Of a stretch of 64,000 nucleotides of DNA, positions 36,201 to 49,183 are shown one piece after another; position 1 is the first letter of the stretch, and the number at the start of each line of letters is the position of its first letter. Source of the stretch: Leidyana gryllorum EB-2025a (lineage: Eukaryota; Protista; Apicomplexa); the NCBI GenBank assembly GCA_048772705.1, contig JBLWGC010000230.1:496001-560000 (forward strand), in the 5' to 3' direction. The notes beneath the pieces are model-generated. The model had not been told where the DNA came from. It saw nothing but the letters and a program-made list of their open reading frames with translations, and did not search any database. The position numbers were made by a program, and so were the translations under genes.

Positions 36201-38400
36201 TAGACACATCAGACACCTCTGAACTGGAGTCCCAAGGGTCCTCGGTCGTTGAGTAGTCCTCGGGTGGTGAAGTGGATGTGTAGGACTCGCTCCGCGCCCA
36301 TGAAGTGCTGCTTTCCACCTCCTCAGAGGTAGGCGATGAAGACGACTCGCTCGCGTCACTTGATGTCGACTCTTCTGGGGCTGGCGTTGAAGTCTCGGAT
36401 TCACCGTCCTGGTCAGGTGATGTGGAGTATTCCTCTGTAGCAGTATACTTGTCCGAGATCATAGCTGAGCTCGTATAAGCCAAGGGCTCGAGGGTGAAGT
36501 CCGTAGTGACAGTAACCGACAGTGTGGTGGATGTTGAAATCAAGTCTTCGTCGTCATCTTCGTCCTCCGCGGACGTACCAGAAGAGGATTCCGAACCCGT
36601 AGTCGGTTCAGGTGGGCTCGGGGACGACGAGCTCAGGTCTTCGGTTTCTTCCTCATCAGTAATGTCACTGGTACTTGTGGGGGGTGGCGATGACGAGTCT
36701 GAATCTGACTCATCTTCGTCCTCGGCTTCGGCAGTAAGACTAGTCGACAGCGTTGCTGGCGGCGTGGAGGAGGTATCTTCGCTACCGTCATCATCGTCTG
36801 GCTCGGTTGTAGCGCTGCTCACAGCTGTTGTAGATGTCGATCCATCCTCATCACTTTCCTCTTCTTCTCCTTCCGTTGAGGTCAGATCGGCAGTGGAAGT
36901 CGCGCCTGGCGATGAGGCTACGTCATCCACTGCGCCCGTGGAGGAGCTCTCGTCCCCTTCCGCAGTCGAGAATGTTGATAGCCGAGTGCTCGATTCCATA
37001 TCATCCATGTCCGACGTGGAAGTGAGGGGAGTTTCTGTGAATGTACTGTCGGGGCGAGTTGTTGAAAAATCATCAATTGTAGAGGCGGTTGAAGACGATA
37101 GGGGAGATTCTGTCGAACTCCAGTCTGCAAGGAGCGATGAAAAATCGACGGTGGTGGAGGTTAATTCGAAATCAGAAGTGGTGGCTGAGGTTTGTGTGCT
37201 AGAAAGAAGGGACAAGTCATCAGTGGTAGAGGACCAAGGATCAGTGGATAAGGGTGAGGGAGTGGATGTGGAGTCATAGAATATTTCGGTGGAAGTGGTG
37301 GACACTTCTTCTGACGATGTTGGTAGCATCGACGTCGAAGTAAAAGGCCAATTCCAATCCGAAGTGGTGGACAGAGACTCAGAAGTCGTGCTGATCCACA
37401 ATTCGTCAGTTGAGGTGGTGGGGAATTCGGTGGTCGTGGTGATCCACAACTCATCCGTTGAGGTGGTGATTGATAGGATTGTGCTGTGCTCTGTGGAATA
37501 CGACTCACTGCTCGTGGTGGCATCCTCAGTAGTGGCCCAGCTCGATAATGTACTGGTAGAGTCCTGCGAGGAGGTCATGATCGTGCTCGTTGAAGACACG
37601 AGTTCGTCCATATCACCCTCCTCTTGCGCCCATATGGACGCCGTGGACGTTAAGGTGCTGGTACTTTCCGTTATGTAGGATGTCGATGTTTCGGCTCCTG
37701 GTCGCCAGAACTCGCCCTCAGCATCTCGACCTATTTCTCCAGGGGCTGTGGCATCATAGATCTTATACTCTTCAGCGTCATTTTCATCGTCTCCTTGGAG
37801 TTGTCGCAGGGGTGGAGGCGTAGATTCTGATGACACACTGTTTCTAGGCTTCCCAAGATACCCATAGAATGAGGGCTTATACCCATCATAGGAGCGAGCG
37901 CGCATCTGAGTTTCGTACAAAGATCGTCCAGTCTCATTGGTGGGAGACGAAGGGGGTGTGAGGGAGAAATCTGGAGGCGTTTCCATTGATCTTCCTTCTG
38001 AGACAGAGGGACGAGACTTTCTGGGCTGCTCGGCGCCAGTCAACAAAGTACGCGAATTAAGACCATTACTACTACGGTCGGTAGGCATGACTGGTTTGAA
38101 TAAACCTGGGGGAGAAGAAGCTGCAAAATGGTGGATGGACATCTGGTACTTACCGTCGTCATGAGCGTGTCCATCTGGTAAGGCGTTTCCGGGGAGAGTG
38201 TCATACTCATATACTGGGGTCTTGTCTGCTGGGTTGCGGCGGTAGTCTAGTCTGTCATGCCGTGCTGCCTTCTTGCCGGCACGTTTGGTCTGCCTGGCAA
38301 CTCGCTTGGATTCCTTTATATTCGTTGTGAGGTCGGCGAGCGAGGGATTGGGGAAGGTTATGAGTAGACCGTACAAGCCCCAGAGCGTAATAGGGTACAT
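33280..38400 (-). CDS. secreted mucin-like protein with two fasciclin (FAS1) domains, 1 short intron (~34000)
   Basis: Signal peptide and a ~750-aa Ser/Thr/Glu/Asp stalk. FAS1 motifs TIFAPVDAAF, YHVV and NGFIYKID; second repeat VTMLLIPDNAW...FYNG; then a Trp/Cys-containing tail. Confidence 0.85.
37393..37468. repeat. 48-nt-period coding repeat (TTSTDELWI x2) in mucin stalk
   Basis: gatccacaattcgtcagttgaggtggtg at 37393 and gatccacaactcatccgttgaggtggtg at 37441. Confidence 0.8.
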
Positions 38401-38522
38401 GATTAGCGCAAAATCTTCTGATAGGATGGCGGAAGTCTAACTAGGGCTGTCTATCTGTGTCGCATTGTGGGTAAAGCAAGCGCGAGGAATTGTGTGTTTG
38501 GTAACGAACACCAAACGCTTAT

Positions 38523-41319
38523 ATGTTTCTGCTGACGGTGCAGTTGGTCGGTGCCGCCTACGTAGCATTAGTTTTGGATGCCAACCTCATCCGTAGGGGT
38601 CGTTCGGTGTGTCTTCCTTCCCACAGACTGTTTGCAGAAATCCTTGGGGCAGCATGTTGGGTCTTACTGGCGCTCGACTGCCTGCTGTTCTTGCATATGC
38701 TACTGAATTTCAGTAATGACTATGCTGGTGCGTTAACGTGACCGGCTTGCTTTCTAAAGTGCTCTAACAGCGACTAACGGGGCTTTCCAGTGGCAAGGGT
38801 TCAGTTGGATGATGTTGGCCAAGTTAATCATCTTGTACAACTTTGTGTTTAATTATGATGAAGAGTTGGGTCACCGGGCTGAGATGGCTAGAGATCTGGC
38901 TGAGTCAGCCTGGTATGTTTCCGCTCTCTACGGTGCTGTGGTGAGGCGAGTAAGTTAATTGTAATGTGTTGGCAGCTTTTGTACGCTGTACTGATGTTCC
39001 GAGCTGCGTATCAGCTATTTGGGTCCCCCAACAAGTCACTGAGTGTGGAGTCATCGATTCACATGGACACTATTTTCCATGTGGTATTGGATCTGTTGGA
39101 TATAATAGTGGCCTTTCAATTTGGGCAGCAGCGTTTCAAGCTGCAGCAAGGCGATCAGTGGCTTGCGCACCTCAACTGCGTATTCTTTGCGATTGGCTGG
39201 TTCCTGCATTCGTACAGCTTTCCCACGGGGACGTTCAAGATCAGCGGGCTGGACAGTCACGAGTCCCAGGCGAATGTGGAGAGTGACGTTTTCTTGGTTC
39301 GGAAGCAGGTGGCGATGGTGTCGATCATGTTGGTTGACTTTCCTCTTCTGTTCGTTCGTTGTTACATATGGATTCACTATCCATTGACACCGGGGTTGCA
39401 GCCTTTTATATTCAAGAACATTTTGAATCTTCCCTTGTCGACCTTCCGTTTGAATCAGTGTCGGGCAGCGGAGAAGGCGGAATTGGGTCATTTAACTGAG
39501 GCTGAGGCGATAAAAGAAGGGCCACGAGGTTTGCATCGAACGGGAACTCCTTCGCCAGCGAGCACTCCGAGGATATCGGGCATCACAGTGAGACTTTTAG
39601 TAGTTCAACATTACCATTATACTTTGTGGTTACAGCCAGCCCCAAACAATCCCTTTGGATTTGCCCAGAACCTCTCTCACCAGGGTGATCATGACGACAG
39701 CAGTGAGTACAGAGTGTGGAGAGTCCTGTTATATCCCCAAATGCCGCCGTTGCAGTAAGTTCCAGCAGTGCCTCGGACATCGAGTTGCCGGAAGACAAGA
39801 AGCTCCAGCCCCACAATTTGCAGACGTTGGTCGATGAGATCGAAACTGTACGCTCGTTACCGGTCAAGTCTTTCGGCATTGTCAACATCGTAACTAAACT
39901 ATGGCACACAATGGTTCACGGAGGCCGTCAATCCTTGGCCACTCGCCTCATCAACACCCCTCCACAAGGCTACTTTACTCAGATCCGCTTGATCATTTCG
40001 TTGTGGCTCCCTCTTCTGTGGCAGATTCTCACTGTCACCTTTCATCTCATCCCCATCGGGTAAGTTTTGAAGGCAATTTGGGACAGACGTTTGGGACAAC
40101 GTCTTGTTTCCTCCCTTGACCCCCTCATTGCCCTTTTCTGCCCCTCACACTTGCAATGCAGAGAAGCTCGAGTTGATTCCTTGACTTCGGGACCGTGGGC
40201 GATCCGAGGATGGTGGTTTCTGGTGTGGTCGATTGGGGGTTCTACCTTTGGCATTATCCACTGGTTGTGCTGGATAAGGTTGGCGCCGTGGCGAGACACC
40301 ATTTTCACTTCAGCCTACTTTGCGATGGACTGTTTGGTGTTCTGGCAGGTGGTTCGGGCGTGTCGACTCTCGAACCTCTTTAATCTATCCATTATGCTGT
40401 GGCAGAATATCAATTCTTCCCCCGTCTACACCGAAGCCATAGTACTCTACTGTCTGACTTTGCCCTGGATATACCGGATCTTCATGATGCTCCCCTATAT
40501 GCACATGAGTTTGTGGAAGCGTCAGTACGCCCGTTTCGTCATTCAGCGGCCGACTAACCCCGTCGAGAATCTCTTACCACCAGAGTACCGCATGCCAGTT
40601 GCTGGGCCCAGACCAGCGGACGAACACGGGTTCGTTTCGGTCTCCTCACTATTGATCTTCTTCAACTGCAAATATCATCTGGCACCGCCTGCAGTGCACG
40701 AGTTGCTGATAGGACCCGATCTCTTCAAAGTGAGCCCACTACCCATCTCTCGCACCCCATAGCGCTGCTTGGTGTGCGAGTTGCTTCTTCCTCATTGCCC
40801 ATTCACGCCTCTCTGACAGAGTGTACGGCTGACGGACATGTTGTTGACCCGCGACTGGATGCTGTTGTTGCTGCTGCTCTGGACTCGGGGGCTGGCGCTA
40901 CTGATATATATGGAGCGGCTGATGCTCATCATGCCGCCTATCCACGCGGTGCTATACTTAGCTTATTTGGGAATGAGTCAAACAGTGAGTTGTCCCAATC
41001 TACTTGGAGGGCCACATATCATTTAATCACTCGCCCCGCTCAGGTGCGTCTGTTGGCGATGAGACGACATGAAGTTCGAGAATTGTTTATGAGTATACTG
41101 AGCTCCTGGGAAACCATCTCTGACAGCGCTCAGACAGTGGTGCAAGGGATGTTGACAGAGCATGGCGACCCATCAGGCGTGCTGAAAACGTTGCGTCTCG
41201 AAGCAGCCAAACAGCGCCACACAGACCCCAAGTTTCTCACATTGGTCGATCAGAGTCAAACTCTTCGAATTCGAGGTTTCTTCTCCTCACCGGGAGAAGT
41301 ACTTCCTCCTGTCACTTAG
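38523..41319 (+). CDS. multi-pass membrane protein, possibly TMEM121/CECR6-like, multi-exon
   Basis: Many hydrophobic helices over several exons, with VVLDLLDI and LVDFPLLFVR...FIFKN motifs. Start uncertain. Confidence 0.5.
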
Positions 41320-43213
41320 GGTCGCGGCAGTTGAGTAGACTCTTTACTGCTGCAAGGCACCGCGACGACTGGTGACGCGTTCTGACGCATCTTGAGCACG
41401 AAAAAGATCGTGACCACCTGCCGAGCGAGACAAAGAATGTGTGTCAGGGGGGGGTGGGGACCACGCAGAGCAGAGAACGCAGGCAGAAATTGCTGCTCAC
41501 CTTCCACACAAAGCAAATGATTGACATTATCTTTGTCATATGGGCCATCCCGGACTCTGGCGATCGGAAGGTTTGGAAGTTATAAAATATCCACACACAA
41601 TCCAATACACACGATCTGCAGTAGAATTGGGATCACTCGATGAAACTTGACAGAGCCAAACTCACAAACAGAGTGTCAGGACCACCTTAAGCAGATTAGA
41701 GCGGTCCCAGCGGGTGTCGGGCTTCAGGTTGCACCAATACGCAACCGCTCCAACCATCATATCGAGGTAAAAGGCTCTGAAAAACAGCTCAAGTTGGCGC
41801 CACACCATTTACCCGCAACTCACCGCGTAAATGAGGCCAAACACGACAATGCTATGAACCCAATTATGACCACTTGGCAAGCTCTGTCAAAGTTGGTGGC
41901 GTTCACGCTGAACATCATTTGGTCAACCGTCCAGTTGACAAATTCGTCAGGTCTGGTCACAGCCGTCTTAAGAACAGTGATAATCGTCGACGGTCCCGGA
42001 GAATTGCTGTCGGTTCCGATGAACAGCTTTTCAAACTGATCCATCTCAGCCTGCCGTCCCATTTCGTCTCGAGCAAGATTCGCCCTCTCGCCTTGGTACT
42101 TCCGCAGATGAGTTTCGTAGAAAGCCACCTTGGATTTTATCCATTGCATCGCCAAGGTCACAGAAACCTCTGCCATATTCTCGCCATGCAATGTCACCAC
42201 AGCCTCATGTTTTGCCTGATCAGCCAATGGAAGCAAATTGAAGGATCCTCTAGCTTCCGATCTCAACCTATCACACTCAACATCCCGCCCAACCATAGAT
42301 AGTCGACACTCACTCGTCAGTCGCTGAGTTTGAGGAGACCAGACCCAATTCTAGAGTCCCTTCAGCTTGAGGCACCTGACTGTTAAAAAAGGCGCCGATA
42401 CACGCGTGTGGAGACAAAGAAGGCATAATTCAGGCTTACAAGGCGAACATCTGGTTGCAGAAGATGCTCGACTCCATTCGGGATCTCAAAGCCGTCTCGT
42501 TGCATTGATCATCATATTGTAGCGACACTCTATAGGCCAGGTTGTCCTCTGTGGAGACCCATGCCGAGCAAAGCACCATTGGAAAGCAACTGAACGGATG
42601 CTTACGGTTCAAATCCAACAACGTGTCATTCTTGAAGTCAATGGTGAGGACTTGAACTACCAATCGTTCGTCTTCGGGCTGCTACAGACATGGACCACAC
42701 GTGTGTGTCGTCGGTGGCTTACAGGAGTAGTGCATGAATTCACACACGATTGTAGAGCTTCTTCGCAATAAATGATATTAGTCTCAACATCCTGGAGGGC
42801 CAAGTGCAAGCCGACAAGCTCGTCGAGTCGATCTTTGCGTTCTTTGAACAGAACATTTAGGAAGCCTCGCCATGTCCTCTGCCGAACTTGGCTGAAGAGG
42901 CGTTGCGTATGAGCATCGTCCTGGTCTCCCCAATTGATATTCAGTGTTGCAGCCTGCAAAGTGTGGGTATGGCACAATCATGGTTGATAATTACCCGGTG
43001 GCGGAAAGCATCGAGAACAGTTTGATAGGTAATAGGGATGTCTTCTTGATCGGCGTCCAAATGGAGCTGTTTGCGAAGTCTTTCTCTATCTCGTTGTTGT
43101 TGTGCTGCGTCTAGTGCAACACCAAATTTGACTTTGGACTGTGAAGCAGTGGTGGTGAAATCAGGGTCAGGGGTTGGGGCGAGGAAAGCCCTCTCGGGTA
43201 GAGGGGACGTCAT
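41316..43213 (-). CDS. hypothetical protein with coiled-coil region and C-terminal TM segments, multi-exon
   Basis: Chain of minus-strand ORFs (42941, 42657, 42436, 41820, 41316) joined by GT-AG gaps. Confidence 0.55.
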
Positions 43214-43242
43214 CTGATAATACTTTTTTCATTGTGAGAGGG
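43214..43242. promoter_or_regulatory. 29-nt head-to-head spacer with T6 tract
   Basis: CAT-ctgataatacttttttcattgtgagaggg-ATG. Promoter function is inferred. Confidence 0.45.
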
Positions 43243-45255
43243 ATGATGTGGGCACTCGTAGCAGCCGCTTTGATATTGGGTGCGAGTGGCGATGCTCCGT
43301 GGAATCCACATCTGGCTTCCTCCCCTTGGCCTGTAGCACACCACGACAGCTTCTCACAGGGAAGCACCAGTGGTATTGCTGTAAGTCAAGCCGATGTGCT
43401 GCAACAGAAGGTTGAGCTGGATGAGCTATTTGACCCGGCACTAGCGGGGACACTGTCAATATTCTGGGCAGACAATCATAGCGGTATAGCCTGGGGCTCC
43501 TCAGTACAGGCGATTTACAAGGTGGACACACTGTCGACACCGCTCAAAGTGGTGGATGCCGTTCGGAAGCCCGCCAACCTGGTGCAGGGTGATACATTCC
43601 GGGGCATTTACAGTGTGGTAAGCTCTGAGGGTGTCTTCTACACCAGCCTTGGGAATACAATTCTGGCTGCGACCCATCAAGACCCCAACAATGCCACCAG
43701 TCTGATCAAGCCTGTGGGATCTTTCGTGACTGAAAGCTTCCTGAGCGACAGTGAGGGTATCATCTCGCTCAACATGTTGTACACTGGACAACTTGCCTTC
43801 TTGACCAACAAGGGTAAAGTCGGCGTTGTGAGCGCAGATCTTACCCGACTGCTCGCTATCATCACACTTGCCTTTCACCCCTATATTCTGCCTCGCGATG
43901 AAATATTGCCCGGAGTCGACTCTGACTACTTCCCGGTCTGGGATATAGAAGTCTCCAATGCAATGGCTATCGACCAATACAATGGACTTTACATAGTCTC
44001 CAGCCACTTCATGCACCGACTATACTTTGACGCTGAGAAAGAGGTTCTTTGGGCGGCTTGGCCTATCGGCGATCAATCAGTAATGCTATCGTCAGTTGCC
44101 ATAGTGTCCTCGACCCTCCAACCCGAAACTGAGTCTCTCAAGGGCGCGAATTCTGACTCATACCGCCGAGTCTGGACAAGAAGCTACACCCACGATAATA
44201 TCTCTCGCCCCGACCGTCTGAGCAAAAAGGGGTCCGGCAGCTCACCTACACTCTTCCCACATCCCGACAATGGCAGACTATATGTCTGCATCACCGATGG
44301 GGCCTACACCCAGAATGTTAATGTATTTGATGCGTTTGTGGGCCATCTTGTTGCCCAGGCGCCCGTCAACTTTGGCGATGCCAATTTCAGAGGAGAGTCG
44401 TACACTGAACAATCCCTTCTCGTCTTTGGCCACGAATTGGTAGTCACACAAAATGCTTTGACTCCCACAGGCAAAAAGCTTAACAATGTTATGGACACTT
44501 GGGACGCCGCCAGTCTTCTGGCAGGCCTCAAGGCACCAAATGTGAGCACAACTTGCCTCTTCTTGCATCTCGTGTTTGCGGACTGTGTGTGTGCGTGTTG
44601 TGTTCTGCGTGCGTCCAGCGATTGTTTCTTCATTTGTGTCTCCACCATTATGTGTGCGTAACCACCCCAATCCCCTACTTTCGCTCAACATTCAATTCAG
44701 CGCTTCGCCGACAATGTTTATCTCGCGCCGGTTGTGCTCGGGGATGCCGCTCGTGGAATTCAGAAATTTCGGTTGGAGCTGGACCGCGCGGGCAAACGGC
44801 TGTCGCTGAGATCAGTGTGGGCAACCACTGACTTTGGTTGCCCAAATTCAATTCCCACAATGAGTGGTGCGACTGGCCTCATGTACTGCGTGGGCAAAGG
44901 GACTCGCAGTAGGGTATCGGATCTTCCCTTGCCTCGAGCGCGACCGTCTTCGCTTGCTTCTAGCCTAACATCATTGAGGCCCGCCAGTGCTTCTTCTGGT
45001 TCTGCTCAAGGGGCAGCAACGTCGACTTCCCTGGCGGGGACGCCATTGATATACCCTTATCCTAGAGGATTCGAAGGTTTTTGGACCATTACTGCCATCG
45101 ACTGGGCTTCGGGTCGTAAAGTCTTTGACATACGCACCGGTTCAGACATCCGGTACAACTCCCTCTACGCCGCCGTTCAAGTCGGACCTCAGGGACAGAT
45201 CATTTACGGATCCATGGGGGGCCTAGTTCGACTTCGCCGTCTGAAAGCGACCTAG
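43243..45255 (+). CDS. secreted beta-rich (probable beta-propeller) protein of bacterial-like family, 159-nt intron at 44542-44700
   Basis: Signal peptide MMWALVAAALILGASG. Motifs NPHLASSPWPVAH, GSGSSPTL, CITDG, EQSLLV and NSLYAAVQVGPQGQIIYG..GGLVRLR. The two exons join in frame. Confidence 0.7.
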
Positions 45256-45289
45256 CTAGATCAAATCAGACCAAAAAGCAGTCTGCACA

Positions 45290-46769
45290 CCTAAAACAGC
45301 TCTGGCAGTTGGATTGCCGCCAATTCCTGCACGGGAGAAGTGACAATGACAATGACATCGGCTGGTGCTGACTGACCTCGTCGCATGAGAAAAAGAGTAA
45401 ATGCTGATAAAGGGCAATGCGGTATGGGTTACCAAGCGAGAATCGACATGGAGCTAATGAAGTCGACCACACGCACCCATCAGCCATTCGTGACCAGATC
45501 CGTAGTACAGAATCCTCCGAAATCGTTATCAACTTGTCTGGATGCGACGCATCCATCGCGCAAATGTCATAACGATGGCCGGTCCAATGATGCTGTTAAG
45601 GGATCGAAGGCAGATCTTTGAGAGGCGAGCTCCACTCACAATCTCTCGGCCGCTGGCGATTGAGAACACACAAATATGTCGGCCGTTCGCCGCACAGACG
45701 ATACAGTCTTCTCCCTGAAGGCTCAAGCTGCCATCCGTTGGCAGTAAATACTCACCCAGAACTTCGCGGACGCTATTCCAGTGACTCCGGGCATCTCCTG
45801 GTGGAATAGCACGTCGCCAGACATTCTGGGAACAAAATTGTCAAAGGCCACGCGGTGACACGTTGTTCACTCACCCCCAAGAGGGCTCATCCTTAGATAT
45901 AGGCAACTTGATTACTTTCAGTATTGGGGGGGTACCCAATGTGTGGATGAAGGCTCTGCAATGGAGGGGTGCAGGAGATGTCAAACGTCTTCAGCGAGGA
46001 GCACTCACAGCATTCTATCGCCTTTGAAGGCTAATGGAACAACGTCGACGTCGGGGAGCACGAGGGGACACAGCATTTGTACAGCCGTTACAACGTCGTA
46101 CACCACAGTGATCCCTGAAAGAGCTGTCTGTCACAAAAGAAAGCGGCTCTGCGTTTACCCAAAGATGCGATCAGAGCTCGAGTGCCATCCGTCAAAACGT
46201 ATTTAACAGAGCTGCTGATCCTTCCATCGAACTTGACCGCTTCTTCCCGGACGTGACGCTCAGGCCGACGCAACGGCCAATCTAAACAGTGACTATTACC
46301 CACAATCGCAAAGACTCGTTCTCCTGTGCTGTAAATCTTGACAACAATTGTGTGACTCTTCCAGCCAACCCACCATATGTATGGCATCTTCGCTGAAAGC
46401 TGTATATAGATTGATGACCCCATTCAGATTCGATAAGTCGGGGGACGCCGGTTTTCGCAGACTACTTCGAGTGGATGGTACGAAACGTGAGAGGGGGCCT
46501 GAAGTGCCATAATCACTGTTACGGTCCATCGAAGTCTCAGTGAGAGGATGATCGAATACAAACCCCACGACGCGACCCATTAGGGTCCCAAAGGTCAATG
46601 CATAATGGCTGACATGGAGAGCAGATATTGGGTCACTGATAGGTAAACAGAACAACCGATGACTCTGGCTGTCCCTATGTGACAATATCGCTATAGACAC
46701 ACTTTCAGTCTTGTGAGCATTGCTAAACTGGGTGGCCGCCGACTGATTTGTGGGTCCCCCCTCCGCCAT
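45290..46769 (-). CDS. WD40-like beta-propeller protein, multi-exon
   Basis: PISALHVS...FGTLMGRV and LITISEDSVLRIWS strands. Start MAEGGP placed after the RAB18 stop; 3' end approximate. Confidence 0.55.
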
Positions 46770-46788
46770 ACATATATTTTTTCTAGCT

Positions 46789-47678
46789 TTAGCACCCACA
46801 GATGCCTCCACTGTCATCAGCTCTGTCCTGCTCATCTATCCTCAATGGTGATGTGGCAGATCCTGTTCATAGAGGAGCGATTGATGATACCCCTCCAACA
46901 AGTGTGTGTGGTTAGCTTACTGCTCTGGCCTGTGCCTCTCAATAAGGCAGGAGTCTCCAATATCTGGAAAAGAGGACAGATTATCCATCACACCATCAAA
47001 ACTGACCTTAGCCACGAGCTCAGTGAAAGCCTGCTCTATCCCCTCATTGGTTTTTGCCGACGCCTCAACGAAGAGCATAGAGTTCTCGATGGCAAAATCT
47101 TGACCGTCCTTTGTAGTTACACATGCCTCTTCGTTGCCTTTCACTCGCTGAGCTCAAACAGAAAGAACAGCTGGATAACGACACAGCGAGAGCTCTCACC
47201 TTGTCAACTTTATTAGCAATTAGCATCAGGACAGCGTCAGGATTGGTAGAATGCCGAGATATCTCTTCCAACCACATATGCAATGCCTTGAAGGATTCCA
47301 AGTCAGTCACATCGCTGCAAAGGTAGAAGGGAGAGCTATGACGCACCTGGAGCCGGCCTTACTAGACTAAGACGATGCCGTGAGCCCCCTTATAGTATGA
47401 ACTCGTGAGAGTCCGGAAACGCTCCTGACCTGCGGTATCCCACACAGCTAACTTCAAAGACTTGCTTCCGCATTGCATGAACTTTACACGGAAATCCACA
47501 CCTGTAGGGAGTATGTCGGTCAATTCGTGTACGTACCAATGGTAGACAGTTGTTGAGAATCAAACGGTTCTCCGACCAATCGAAGCAACACCGAGCTCTT
47601 GCCAACCCCTGAATTCCCTATCAGTAAGATCTTGAGCAAGTGGTCATATCTACGACCTTCTGCGCCAGCAGCAGCCAT
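46789..47678 (-). CDS. RAB18: Rab18 small GTPase, 5 introns
   Basis: [14 protein letters not shown]|[36 protein letters not shown] and ILETP. The last exon ends ...GGICGC* (CxC prenylation). Confidence 0.9.
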
Positions 47679-47711
47679 TCCACCTTCTTGGCGTGAATAA
47701 TTAAAGCCTTT

Positions 47712-49103
47712 TCAGCATTCCGTTTTCTCTGCAATCAGAGGTTCTAACTCCTGCGGTGGAGCTTCCCCCATCTCACAGCACATCACCCATCCCTTCGGAA
47801 CCTCCAGCGAACTGTTCATCGCCTTCAAAACGTGGGCCTGGGCAATCGCTTCGCTGGTCCAGACTAAATGCGGATCATCTTCAGTCTGCAAACTCAGCCA
47901 ACCGCGGCTACGCATGAAGTGGAAGGCATTCATCTCTCTCAAATCCTATTGTATCTCATCTGATGTCCATTCCAAACCACCGTTCCCACTCACATGACCA
48001 TGACAGGGCACAAAGTCCCTATTCTCACACTCCGACTCGGCTTCGCCAAACGTCGCCGTAAAGTCGCTGATCCACACAGCGTCGGGCCACATAGCTGTGC
48101 TCCCAGCGAGCCTCGCCGCCGCCCCCATCATCTCACCCCCCTATCCACATCACTATCTCTCAAAGGTCAATCTAACTCACTTCTATGGCTGCAGAACGGA
48201 TGTGCAGGTCATCTATGAAGCTATGCGCCGCTGAACAACGGACTGTTGTCTGGCCTACAATTAGGTAACCTTTCATGGAGCCAGCATGTACATCCACGAC
48301 CTCGGACTCCTGGCGAGATAACAAAAGGTAGACCAGACAGGTTGGGTGACATTCTCACCAAATATCCATTTATATACAACTGAAGGTGACCACCATGTTT
48401 CTGAATAACTATCTGATGCCACCGGCTGAACGGGAGAGCTCCACGAGACTCCAAAGGTGCCTGTTCCTTCGCCAAATGATCGCACGAATTGGTTTCTATC
48501 GAAACTGAAGTATGTATCTTCAGACGCGCCCCAGTTCGGTCACGGGCGACGCCCACCCATAGAGCTTGCCGCCCGATTGTCAACAATGAATGATACAAGG
48601 CGTCCTCCAATGGGAGTAAGAACACCCAGAAAGACACGGATTTTGCTCCGTCCAATTTGGAAGGCTCGGAAGACACGGATTGGTCATCGGCTGCGATCCA
48701 CAGGGAATTTCCCATACTATTCCAGCCCGGTCCAGCTGGAGATGCTACGATCGACATTCAGTCTCGATCAAACAAGTTGCAGCTTACGCGGATGGAGGTT
48801 TAGGCCCCGATTTGAGTCGTCCACTGAATAATATGTACTGAGCGCGTTGCTGTCTCAACACTGACCTGGGTACAGATGATCAAACGACCTGTACACAACA
48901 CATTATGGGACGCGACGACTGAATTCTCACCATTTCCCAATAGTCGAAGTGGAGACTCCTGTTTGCGTTATCAGGAGTGGAGCAGTAGGGTTATGATCGT
49001 CCAGGCAGAATGAATCGCCGATGTATCCACATCGCGAGTATATTGGGTCAGGCGGTGTTGCTGCCGAGGTGAAGGCAAATAGGGTAAATATGCCAGTTAG
49101 CAT
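47712..49103 (-). CDS. secreted concanavalin A-like/laminin G domain protein, multi-exon
   Basis: Signal peptide MLTGIFTLFAFTSA, LamG3 motifs SVSFWVFL and WHQIVI...LQLYING, and Cys-containing segments. Confidence 0.65.
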
Positions 49104-49183
49104 TAATCCGCACACACGTGTGTGTCAACCTGGGATCAGTCTGGACTCCTCGGTTCCAACATGTCCCATAGCTGGCCAGGATT

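Noticed and set aside
46770-46835. ORF-track start of the WD40-like protein at 46835
   Set aside because: This stretch is the last exon of RAB18 (...DDSGGICGC*); the WD40-like start fits better at 46769.
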